Origin: Promethearchaeum sp.
Lineage (GTDB): Archaea > Asgardarchaeota > Lokiarchaeia > Sigyniarchaeales > Promethearchaeaceae
DNA: 16,034 nt
Reading direction: 5' to 3'
Assembly: GCA_030612265.1 (NCBI GenBank)
Contig: JAUWOE010000074.1
Span: 1 to 16,034, forward strand
This document shows positions 7,881 through 14,605 of this stretch, in pieces. The position numbers and the translations under genes are program-made. The notes below the pieces were generated by a model, which saw nothing but the letters and a program-made list of their open reading frames with translations, made no database searches and was not told where the DNA came from. The number at the start of each line of letters is the position of its first letter. The first letter of the stretch is position 1.

Positions 7881-8864
7881 TTTGAGATTTTTGATCGTGT
7901 TTACTGCCGTTTTTATTATGTTGTTACTAACATACTGAGGAATAACACAACCAGGAGCTATCATCAATCCTTTACTCCTGAATTTCTTGTACACTGAAGT
8001 AATCAATACTGAAACATTTTCAGGATGGTTTAATTCTTTCCATGATTCGGTATTCAATCCTCCGAGAAGACCCCCCTTAAACATTTTTCTCGCATTAGAA
8101 AGGCTAGGGAGAGTTTGTTGATCATGCCAGTTGATAGCATCTACAGGTAGTTTGGCCGCCAATTCAAAATCAGGAAGGTTACCATGAAGATGAAGCACCA
8201 CAAAATTACTTTTTTTAATTGTTTTTGAAATAAGAGTTTTCATGGGATTAAATTCCAAAACGTTTCGTTCTTCATCGTTTAAGCTATTGTTAAAATGTTG
8301 TGTAGCTAAAAATATACCATTAGCTCCCGCATCTAGTGAGGCTTCTGTAAAATCTGTCATTGAAGAACCTATTATTTCTAATTTTTCTCTAATTAATTCA
8401 GGATCCTTTCTGTAATGTATAATGATATCCTTATCTATTTGGGATGCCAACAGAAAAGGAGAGAAAATAGTCATCATAGTGGGCACTTTTCCTTCAACTT
8501 CTCGACTAATTAATTTCATAGCTTTAATCTGGTTTCCGAATTCACCGTTTCTTACATCATTCTTTTTAATATTCTTCCAATCCTCTAATTTTTCAATTGG
8601 ATATTTCATACTTATCCTAGAACCCGAAACTGGATTATATCCTCCCAATTCTACTCCAAAATCAGAAGCAAAAGCCCGACTGGAGATTGAGATTTTCATA
8701 ATGTCGGAATCGAATTCATTTTGGAACCGCATTTGCGCCTTTAAGAGTTCTTCAGGACTTTTATCGAATTCAGGGTAATGCTTCCAAATTGCATACGGAA
8801 CTTTTTCTGTGGATTCCGCTTTAAATGTTTGCTTGATTAGGTTAAATTTGTCCATAGAATTCAC
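7878..8864 (-). CDS. Uroporphyrinogen decarboxylase (URO-D) family protein, MT2/MtaA-like methyltransferase subfamily rather than HemE
   Basis: About 325 aa with URO-D/MT2-like organisation. It lacks the HemE N-terminal PVWxMRQAGR-type motif (it has KVPYAIWKHYPEFD). VVLHLHGNLPDF occupies the position of the MT2 'H-x-C-G' motif, and APGCVIP matches the distal Cys motif. The start is either the GTG at 8864, shared with the rcnA-like gene through module M1, or the first ATG at 8855 (MDKFNLIK). Confidence 0.7.
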   Translation of the reverse strand: MNSMDKFNLIKQTFKAESTEKVPYAIWKHYPEFDKSPEELLKAQMRFQNEFDSDIMKISISSRAFASDFGVELGGYNPVSGSRISMKYPIEKLEDWKNIKKNDVRNGEFGNQIKAMKLISREVEGKVPTMMTIFSPFLLASQIDKDIIIHYRKDPELIREKLEIIGSSMTDFTEASLDAGANGIFLATQHFNNSLNDEERNVLEFNPMKTLISKTIKKSNFVVLHLHGNLPDFELAAKLPVDAINWHDQQTLPSLSNARKMFKGGLLGGLNTESWKELNHPENVSVLITSVYKKFRSKGLMIAPGCVIPQYVSNNIIKTAVNTIKNLK

Positions 8865-9018
8865 TTCTGGAAACTTATTTGATTGTGCATCTAATAAAGT
8901 TGAATTATCTCACTGCTCCCATCATTTGGTGGGAAATTCATATATAGCCAGAACTTAGATTGTTCTACCTTTTTAGCATATTCCCATATAATATATAATA
9001 TCGAAATTTGGTTTTGAA
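8854..9018. repeat. Upstream module M1, copy 1 (paralog of 13127-13291)
   Basis: Constant offset 4273. 8854-8928 is base-perfect with 13127-13201 (75 bp). 8929-9018 vs 13202-13291 has 15 mismatches in 90 and no indel. Confidence 0.95.
8891..8898 (-). promoter_or_regulatory. TATA-like box TTTATTAG (minus strand) inside the identical M1 core; twin at 13164-13171
   Basis: Centred about 30 nt upstream of the shared GTG (8864 / 13137), compatible with a near-leaderless transcript. Inference from position only. Confidence 0.35.
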
Positions 9019-9021
9019 ACC
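8965..9021 (-). pseudogene. Ghost of the last 18 codons plus stop of an SDR gene (paralog of 13238-13294)
   Basis: The minus strand reads GFKTKFRYYILYGNMLKR*, against the intact SDR C-terminus GVKTKFPFDKIYGKMLKR*. This is 11/18 identical, same length, same TAG position, no indel. Nothing upstream of it is SDR-like. Confidence 0.7.
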
Positions 9022-9088
9022 ATTTAAAATGATAGTATTCCCAATTTGATAGTGGTTTTTCCTTATTAAATTATTCACTAACACCATT
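9019..9088. repeat. Upstream module M2, copy 1 (paralog of 14231-14298)
   Basis: accatttaaaatgatagtatt (21 bp) is identical in both copies. Overall identity is roughly 80-85% with two 1-nt indels, ending at acaccatt. Confidence 0.8.
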
Positions 9089-9122
9089 CGATTCTATAAA
9101 CATCCATCGGACTCTATATGAG

Positions 9123-9131
9123 AAAAAAAAA
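9123..9131 (-). terminator. T9 tract (minus strand) after the large surface-protein CDS
   Basis: The plus-strand A9 at 9123-9131 lies 17 nt downstream of the TAA (9149-9151) when read on the minus strand. Confidence 0.5.
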
Positions 9132-9148
9132 GAATGCCAAGTTTTATA

Positions 9149-11602
9149 TTAAGATGTAATCAAATAAGATGTGTTTCTAAAATTTCGTTGTTTTCGTATT
9201 GAAACAATGATAATGCTTACCATACAACTAATAATAAGTCCAAATGTTAAAATATTAAATCCAGAAATCTTTATTCTTTCTCTTTCAAGAATCACTTCAA
9301 CACTTTCACAATTTGAGATTGGACTATAAATTTCTCTATTATAAGCAACAACTACATAATAATACGTTCCACTTTCAGTAATATTGTCGACATAATACTG
9401 AGTTTCATGCCATGTTTGATTATATGAATCATAAGAAGAACCAATTGGAGTTAAGCCATCTATTGAAGTAATTGGAGAAATTTCTCGATAAATATAGTAA
9501 TTTCTAGAATCTTCAACTTTTTCCCATTCTAAAGAAATTTTCCCGTTATATGAAGGATTTGGATCAATTTCAAACAGAAAAGGTGCACTTTCATTAAAGA
9601 GAGCGATATATGGGAATGAAACTTCAATACTTTTACATGAAGAGGGAGCACTATCGGTTGAACCATTGTTTGCAACAACTACATAATAATATGTGCCATT
9701 TTCATAAACCAGATCCTCAAAAACACCATTATCCACTGCTGCCATAGGTTCCAATCCTCCAATATCTGAAATTGGATTAGTATCGCGATAAACATAATAT
9801 TCTACTGCGTTATTAATTTCTGTCCAATACATCCATATATCTCCAGTTTGTTCCCAATCGGTTTCGATGTACATTATATATGGTTCCTCTTCATAAAAAG
9901 GCATAATTGAACAAGTTACACTTTCACAATTTGAAATTGAACTATTGAGAGTCCCATTATTTGCCACAATTACGTAATAATATGTCCCGTTTTCACTTAT
10001 TTGATCAAAATAATATGAATAAGAAGAGTTGGCAATTGGTGTTAATCCATCAATTGTAGTAATTGGAAAAATTTCTCGGAAAATATAATACGAAGAAGCA
10101 TTGTATATGGAATCCCATTCTAAATGAATAGTTCCATCCTCATCATTAGAAGGTATTATTGGATTCAATTCTGTAATAATTTCATTAAACGGATAGAGTA
10201 TGATTGTAATGTTTACGCAATTAGAAATGGATGAATTATGAGTGCCGTTATTTGCCATGATTACGTAATAAAAAGTCCCATTATCTGTCATAAAATCATC
10301 ATACCGTGAATATTCTGCAATAGCATACGGTGTTAATCCATCAACTGTTGTAATTGGCAAAGTTTCACGAAAAATATAATAAAATTCTGCGCTATATATA
10401 CTGTGCCAATCCAAATCTGTATATTGCCCGTGCTGATACAGATAGAGAGTAATTGGAATCTCCTCGAAGGATCTTACTGTTAAATTGACACAGTTAGAAA
10501 TGGAAGAATTGTGGGAGCCATTATTTCCCATGACAACATAATAATATGTCCCATTTTCTTCAATAGATTCCCAATACTCTGTATCATCGGTAGTTGCATA
10601 GGGAGTTAATCCATCAACTATTGTAATTGGGGAAGTTTCTCGGAAAATGTAATAAAATTCTGCATAATTTAGAGACCCCCAGTGTAATCTTATTTCATGT
10701 TCTTGATATATATAAAAATCAAGTGAAATTGACATCTCTTCAAACAGTATATTCCTATATATGATAAAATCAAACATATAAATTGTAGGAGAATCTGAAG
10801 ATACTTGGATATAATAATATCCTGTAGTATTAATCATATTTTCGTCAAAAGAGAACATTTCATAAACATTATTTTCGAATTCTTCGGAATATTGCTCGGA
10901 TCCATATATAATGGTCGTTCCATCCGTTCCAATGAAATTTAATTCAAAAGAACTTGTTTTAAAATAATAAGAGAATATGTCGATGCTCGATCCTTCTTCT
11001 AAATAAATTTTGAACCAGTCATCATCAAGACAATGTAATAAATCATCTTCATAGCTTTCGCTAATATCTACTGATTCTGCGATAACATCATTCTCTTCAT
11101 AATTGTCATCATAGACATCCAAAATGTCATAGAATACATAAGCAAATGGATCTCCTAAGGGGAGAAGTGAAAAATAGTAATTCCCCGTTTCAGGAAGATT
11201 TGGAACTGCAATAATCCACATAGTTCCATTACCACCGGTGAAAGCTTCTGCAACAGGAGTAACCCCATCACTTTTATAAAAATTTATTTCCATATCTGCA
11301 AGTATACTATCAGTTTGAATCATTATTGTTATATTATCGCTAGCGTTTAGTGAAAGAACAAACCAGTCAATATCTTGTAAAATTAACATACCATAATAGT
11401 AACGATTTTGCAAGGGGGTGGCTTGATCATATGAATCGTTAGATTCATAATCATCATCCGCCGCTTTTGGCAATGAATTATTATAATCAGAATATTTCTG
11501 TTGATTAAAACCGAAAATAAAACTTTGACATATTAGACATGCCATCAAAATGAATAAGATTCTTTTTTTATAATTTTTCATCAATATTTTGAATAGTGAC
11601 AT
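9149..11602 (-). CDS. Large cell-surface protein: signal peptide, 2 PPC (pre-peptidase C-terminal)-like domains, 5 Fn3-like repeats, C-terminal TM anchor
   Basis: The signal peptide is MSLFKILMKNYKKRILFILMACLICQSFIFG (alternative start M at 11581). The ORF-track start at 11665 lies only 3 nt after a TATA-like CTTTTATAC, so it is unlikely. DDDYESNDSYDQATPL...DIDWFVLSL...GNYYFSL and DDNYEENDVIAESVDI...DDDWFKIYL...GYYYIQV fit the PPC pattern. There are five roughly 90-110 aa repeats of W..(I/L)..A..YYI(F/Y)RE..PIT..DGLTP...NGTYYYV(V/I).ANNG...S.ISNC. The tail is ISGFNILTFGLIISCMVSIIIVSIRKQRNFR. Confidence 0.85.
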   Translation of the reverse strand: MSLFKILMKNYKKRILFILMACLICQSFIFGFNQQKYSDYNNSLPKAADDDYESNDSYDQATPLQNRYYYGMLILQDIDWFVLSLNASDNITIMIQTDSILADMEINFYKSDGVTPVAEAFTGGNGTMWIIAVPNLPETGNYYFSLLPLGDPFAYVFYDILDVYDDNYEENDVIAESVDISESYEDDLLHCLDDDWFKIYLEEGSSIDIFSYYFKTSSFELNFIGTDGTTIIYGSEQYSEEFENNVYEMFSFDENMINTTGYYYIQVSSDSPTIYMFDFIIYRNILFEEMSISLDFYIYQEHEIRLHWGSLNYAEFYYIFRETSPITIVDGLTPYATTDDTEYWESIEENGTYYYVVMGNNGSHNSSISNCVNLTVRSFEEIPITLYLYQHGQYTDLDWHSIYSAEFYYIFRETLPITTVDGLTPYAIAEYSRYDDFMTDNGTFYYVIMANNGTHNSSISNCVNITIILYPFNEIITELNPIIPSNDEDGTIHLEWDSIYNASSYYIFREIFPITTIDGLTPIANSSYSYYFDQISENGTYYYVIVANNGTLNSSISNCESVTCSIMPFYEEEPYIMYIETDWEQTGDIWMYWTEINNAVEYYVYRDTNPISDIGGLEPMAAVDNGVFEDLVYENGTYYYVVVANNGSTDSAPSSCKSIEVSFPYIALFNESAPFLFEIDPNPSYNGKISLEWEKVEDSRNYYIYREISPITSIDGLTPIGSSYDSYNQTWHETQYYVDNITESGTYYYVVVAYNREIYSPISNCESVEVILERERIKISGFNILTFGLIISCMVSIIIVSIRKQRNFRNTSYLITS
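9287..10735 (-). repeat. Five tandem Fn3-like coding repeats (about 270-330 bp period) inside the surface-protein CDS
   Basis: Repeat units by protein alignment: 10472-10735, 10202-10471, 9908-10201, 9617-9907 and 9287-9616. DNA similarity is visible, e.g. gttaatccatcaact(a/g)ttgtaattgg...aaattctgc in units 1 and 2. Confidence 0.8.
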
Positions 11603-11838
11603 AAAGATATAATATTTACTAAAATTGAGAAGAACATCAAAACAAAAAAAATTCGTATTCCTCATTGTATAAAAGCATTTATTCTTATAGAAATTGTTTT
11701 AATAGGAAATTTGGGAAACTAATTGTAAAAAAAATTTCCTACACTCATAAAAAAAATTGAACTATAATTCACCATTCTTATTAATAAATCTCTTTAAGTC
11801 TCTTAAAAATCACAATTGAATTACCAAGGTATTCGGCT

Positions 11839-12003
11839 TTAATGTGAAGATAATTTATGGTAATTTATATAAAGAATAATTCCAATTAAAGCAATCAGAC
11901 TTAATCCAATACCAAACCATAAATACCGATTAATATTTATCTCAGAATCTGTTGAATCGATGTTATAGGGATTGTAATCCCAATGTGATTTTACAAGATG
12001 TAC
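11839..12003 (-). pseudogene. Start-less ORF fragment encoding a C-terminal TM-anchor-like tail (possible gene remnant)
   Basis: The minus strand reads VHLVKSHWDYNPYNIDSTDSEININRYLWFGIGLSLIALIGIILYINYHKLSSH*, directly preceded by an in-frame TGA and containing no ATG/GTG/TTG. The other frames upstream are broken by stops. Confidence 0.3.
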
Positions 12004-12432
12004 TCAATCAGACACCCTAACACAAATTCCTAACCGACTTAAGAATGCGGGCATAACTATAATATTTGATTTTGATAACCCACTGGTCGAAATCAATGAA
12101 AAAAAAGATAAGAAAAATTTATATTTGTAAATCTCGGTTGAAAGATTTATTGAAAAAACCCATAGAATTTTTAATCAGATTAAGAACAGCGGATACCAAC
12201 ATCTTTAAATCATAACCTCCCGAAAGCTTCCTCTTCTATAAATGTATGGAAAACTGAGAAAGGAGATAAATTTACCGTATATTAAATTCCAGTAAAAATT
12301 TCTTGAACCCAATAAAAAGATATTAAGAATAAATTGTCAACAAAATTTGTAATATTTCGTTAAACTCTTTCTTTGAATCATTATTAAACATGTCGAACGA
12401 TGAATTACATATTATTTAGCATGAATTATTTC

Positions 12433-13137
12433 CTATACAAAATCAAATGCAAAACCTAAAGCCATAATTAATAAAATAATTGCAGAAATCTTAGGAATTT
12501 TATCTTGAATGTTTGCAAATCTCGGTAAAAATTGTTGATAAAACTTCGTGCAAATCAATGTTATTCCCATTAATGAGATGGTCACTGCGATTGCATAACT
12601 AATGGTTAAAAGCCATGGATTATAACCTTCGAGAAATAGATCAATAAGCATAAACTCTTCTGAATGAACAAATCCAATAAGTAGAGCAAAAGATGCTAAA
12701 CCTACAAGACTATTTCTTACACTTTTTGCATGAGAATGTTCATGAATATGCTCTTTTCCGTCTAAGTGCTTATGGTCATGCTCATGTTCTATAGGTTTCT
12801 TATTTTCATGAAGATGTTCATGCTGATCCTCAATTTTATCATCCGTCTTTTCAAACCAAAAAATAAATGCAAGTACAATAAGAAGTCCTGTTGTTATGTA
12901 TCTTAAGATTTCAGATGGTATTGTAAAATTATCCAAGATAAGGAAATAAGCAACAACGACTGCAATAGAACTAATGAAATGACTTATCGCAATGACAAAC
13001 GATGACAATAGAGCAGATTTCATCGGTTTTTCTTGTTTAATTGAATAAAGAAATGCAAATGGCCATCCATGACCTGGTTCCAATCCATGTAGCAAACCAA
13101 ACAATATTACACCTACAAATATACTGATAGAATTCAC
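12433..13137 (-). CDS. rcnA: RcnA/NicO-family nickel/cobalt efflux transporter
   Basis: GLLHGLEPGHGWP in TM1 matches the RcnA signature (E. coli RcnA: GALHGLEPGHSKT). There are six hydrophobic segments and a central loop with 11 His in about 37 residues (EDQHEHLHENKKPIEHEHDHKHLDGKEHIHEHSHAKS). The GTG start at 13137 is needed to encode a complete TM1. Confidence 0.8.
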   Translation of the reverse strand: MNSISIFVGVILFGLLHGLEPGHGWPFAFLYSIKQEKPMKSALLSSFVIAISHFISSIAVVVAYFLILDNFTIPSEILRYITTGLLIVLAFIFWFEKTDDKIEDQHEHLHENKKPIEHEHDHKHLDGKEHIHEHSHAKSVRNSLVGLASFALLIGFVHSEEFMLIDLFLEGYNPWLLTISYAIAVTISLMGITLICTKFYQQFLPRFANIQDKIPKISAIILLIMALGFAFDFV

Positions 13138-13291
13138 TTCTGGAAACTTATTTGATTGTGCATCTAATAAAGTTGAATTATCTCACTGCTCCCATCATTT
13201 GTTGGGAAATTCCTAGAAAGCCAGAACTTCGAATGTTCTATCTTTTTAGCATTTTCCCATATATTTTATCAAAAGGAAATTTGGTTTTGAC
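13127..13291. repeat. Upstream module M1, copy 2 (paralog of 8854-9018); overlaps the SDR 3' end and the rcnA-like start
   Basis: See copy 1. A 75-bp perfect block is followed by 90 bp at 75/90 identity. Confidence 0.95.
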
Positions 13292-14176
13292 GCCTTCGAT
13301 TAATTCTTTAAACCGGGAGCTCAGGAGTTCCACTGTGAACGGTTGGCCATTATTGTGGATCGAATTTGCGACTGTCCATCCATGATATATTTCACATTCA
13401 TCTCCACAGAGGTAAAAAGTTTCTCCCGATATTTTTTCGGCCTGATCTGAGGCCAAATAGACAATCAATGGTGTAAAATACTTGGGATTAAATATGTCCA
13501 CACCGGATTTATTTTTCGATTGAAAGAGCATTGCTAATTGCGGAGCCCCTCCGAGTGTCATTCGTGTGGCCGCACTGGGAACAACCGTGTTTACAGTACA
13601 ATATTTTTTTAATTCTTGCGCGATTATTAGGCTAAAGGCGGCGATTCCCGCTTTCGCTGCTCCATAATTCGATTGCCCTATATTGCCACCTAAACCAGAA
13701 TTAGAGGAGGTATTAATAATTCTCCCCTTTGATTCTAACTTTCCTGCTTTACCCAATTCCCGAAAATACACACTTGCATGGCGACAGAGATTAAACGTAC
13801 CTTTTAAATGCACATCGATTACCAAGTCCCAATCTGCTTCTGACATTTTAAAGATCATTCCATCCCGTAGCACTCCAGCATTGTTCACAATTATATCTAG
13901 TTTTCCAAATTCCCCGATCGCTTGATCAATCATAGCTTTGGCTTTATTAAAATCACTGACTGAATCATAATTCGCAATTGCCTTTCCTCCCATTCTTTTG
14001 ATCTCTTCGACAACTTGATCAGCAATTTTGGTATCACCTTCCTGGGCATCTCGATCCACACCTAAATCATTAATAACCAGATTACATCCATGTTCTGCCA
14101 TTAAGAGTGCTTCTTCTCTCCCCAGTCCACGTCCCGCACCCGTGATAAGTGCGACTTTTCCTTCTAGTAGTTTCAT
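13238..14176 (-). CDS. Short-chain dehydrogenase/reductase, HSD17B4/MFE-2 N-terminal-domain-like (3-hydroxyacyl-CoA dehydrogenase-type)
   Basis: Contains TGAGRGLG (Rossmann TGxxxGxG), NNAG and the catalytic YGAAK (YxxxK). The context VINDLG...EEIKRMGGKAIANYDSV...KLDIIVNNAGVLRD...DWDLVIDVHLKG...GRIINTSSNSGLGGNIGQSNYGAAKAG closely parallels the dehydrogenase domain of multifunctional enzyme type 2. Confidence 0.88.
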   Translation of the reverse strand: MKLLEGKVALITGAGRGLGREEALLMAEHGCNLVINDLGVDRDAQEGDTKIADQVVEEIKRMGGKAIANYDSVSDFNKAKAMIDQAIGEFGKLDIIVNNAGVLRDGMIFKMSEADWDLVIDVHLKGTFNLCRHASVYFRELGKAGKLESKGRIINTSSNSGLGGNIGQSNYGAAKAGIAAFSLIIAQELKKYCTVNTVVPSAATRMTLGGAPQLAMLFQSKNKSGVDIFNPKYFTPLIVYLASDQAEKISGETFYLCGDECEIYHGWTVANSIHNNGQPFTVELLSSRFKELIEGVKTKFPFDKIYGKMLKR

Positions 14177-14230
14177 CTCGATTTCTTCCTCACTCGAAAT
14201 TAGTAGTGTTAACTAAAATATAAACGAAAA

Positions 14231-14298
14231 ACCATTTAAAATGATAGTATTTCCAATCGAATAGTTGTTTTTACTTATAAAATTTCATAAACACCATT
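14231..14298. repeat. Upstream module M2, copy 2 (paralog of 9019-9088)
   Basis: See copy 1. Lies 55-120 nt upstream of the SDR ATG. Confidence 0.8.
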
Positions 14299-14320
14299 TA
14301 AATTTCAATTTGAGAGAGGT

Positions 14321-14515
14321 TAATCTTCATGAAATATTAATTAATATTTTAGATTAGCTTTATATTTCTTTTTCTCGAAAAAATAATCAACAAAATTAGT
14401 AATTTTCTAAGACAGAATTCAATTATATTGAATTAAATTTAAAGATTAAATGAAAATGAAAAAGGAGCATCCCAGTTTAAGCTTTCGCAATATTTGGGAT
14501 ATAACTATTGCTTAA
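14321..14515. repeat. Upstream module M3, copy 2 (paralog of 7674-7880); overlaps the 3' end of the 5S rRNA gene
   Basis: See copy 1. Includes ATGAAGATTA (minus strand, 14330-14321), which here opens only a 10-codon ORF (MKINLSQIEI*, 14298-14330). Confidence 0.85.
14416..14434. promoter_or_regulatory. Perfect 8-3-8 palindrome aattcaat-tat-attgaatt (candidate operator or hairpin); near-copy at 7769-7787
   Basis: Read directly. The locus-1 copy is aaatcaat-tat-attgaatt, with one change in the outer arm. Lies about 50 nt upstream of the M3 TATA-like box and about 30 nt downstream of the 5S 3' end. Confidence 0.4.
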
Positions 14516-14583
14516 CGCATCGCGCCTTAACGATCTGTGTTCGGAATGGGAACAGGTGGAATTCGCGACCTATGACCGGGACA
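14464..14583 (-). rRNA. 5S ribosomal RNA (stand-alone)
   Basis: The minus strand reads UGUCCCGGUCAUAGGUCGCGAAUUCCACCUGUUCCCAUUCCGAACACAGAUCGUUAAGGCGCGAUGCGUUAAGCAAUAGUUAUAUCCCAAAUAUUGCGAAAGCUUAAACUGGGAUGCUCC. The universally conserved loop C/helix III core is present (CCACCUGUUCCCAUUCCGAACACAG...GUUAAG). Helix II pairs UCGCG with CGCGA. Helix I pairs UGUCCCGGU with ACUGGGAUG (9 bp including G-U pairs). A T5 tract follows. The exact ends are uncertain by a few nt. Confidence 0.8.
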
Positions 14584-14605
14584 ATATATTAAAATAAAGG
14601 AATAA

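Noticed and set aside
8422-8778. Plus-strand 118-aa ORF inside the URO-D-family CDS
   Set aside because: An antisense shadow ORF. The minus-strand frame carries the family motifs.
8854-8928. C/D-box sRNA or riboswitch in the 75-bp identical block
   Set aside because: AUGAUGG resembles a C box, but there is no CUGA D/D' box at the required 12-nt guide spacing and no terminal kink-turn pairing. Only a weak interrupted hairpin (AACUU...AAGUU) is present, and I recognise no known riboswitch core. It is kept as a regulatory-cassette finding instead.
11603-11665. N-terminal extension of the surface protein to the ORF-track start at 11665
   Set aside because: That ATG lies 3 nt after the only TATA-like box (CTTTTATAC), so it is probably untranscribed. 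The extension (MRNTNFFCFDVLLNFSKYYIF) is not signal-peptide-like, whereas the Met at 11602 or 11581 gives a classical signal peptide.
13223-13239. Hairpin agaac-N7-gttct overlapping the SDR stop codon, with the stem conserved and loop bases changed at the locus-1 ghost (8950-8966)
   Set aside because: The stem is only 5 bp and AT-rich, with no downstream T-tract. Stem conservation could simply reflect the 83% background identity. The evidence is too weak to call a terminator or regulatory hairpin.
13152-14216. Plus-strand ORFs 13152-13385, 13683-13925 and 14028-14216
   Set aside because: They overlap module M1 and are antisense to the motif-rich SDR CDS. S/P-rich translations are typical of the reverse strand of a real gene.
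7674-14515. Modules M1-M3 as a MITE/IS-type mobile element
   Set aside because: No terminal inverted repeats, target-site duplications or transposase/integrase gene are visible. The modules contain gene ghosts, which favours segmental duplication or recombination. Copy number outside this window is unknown.
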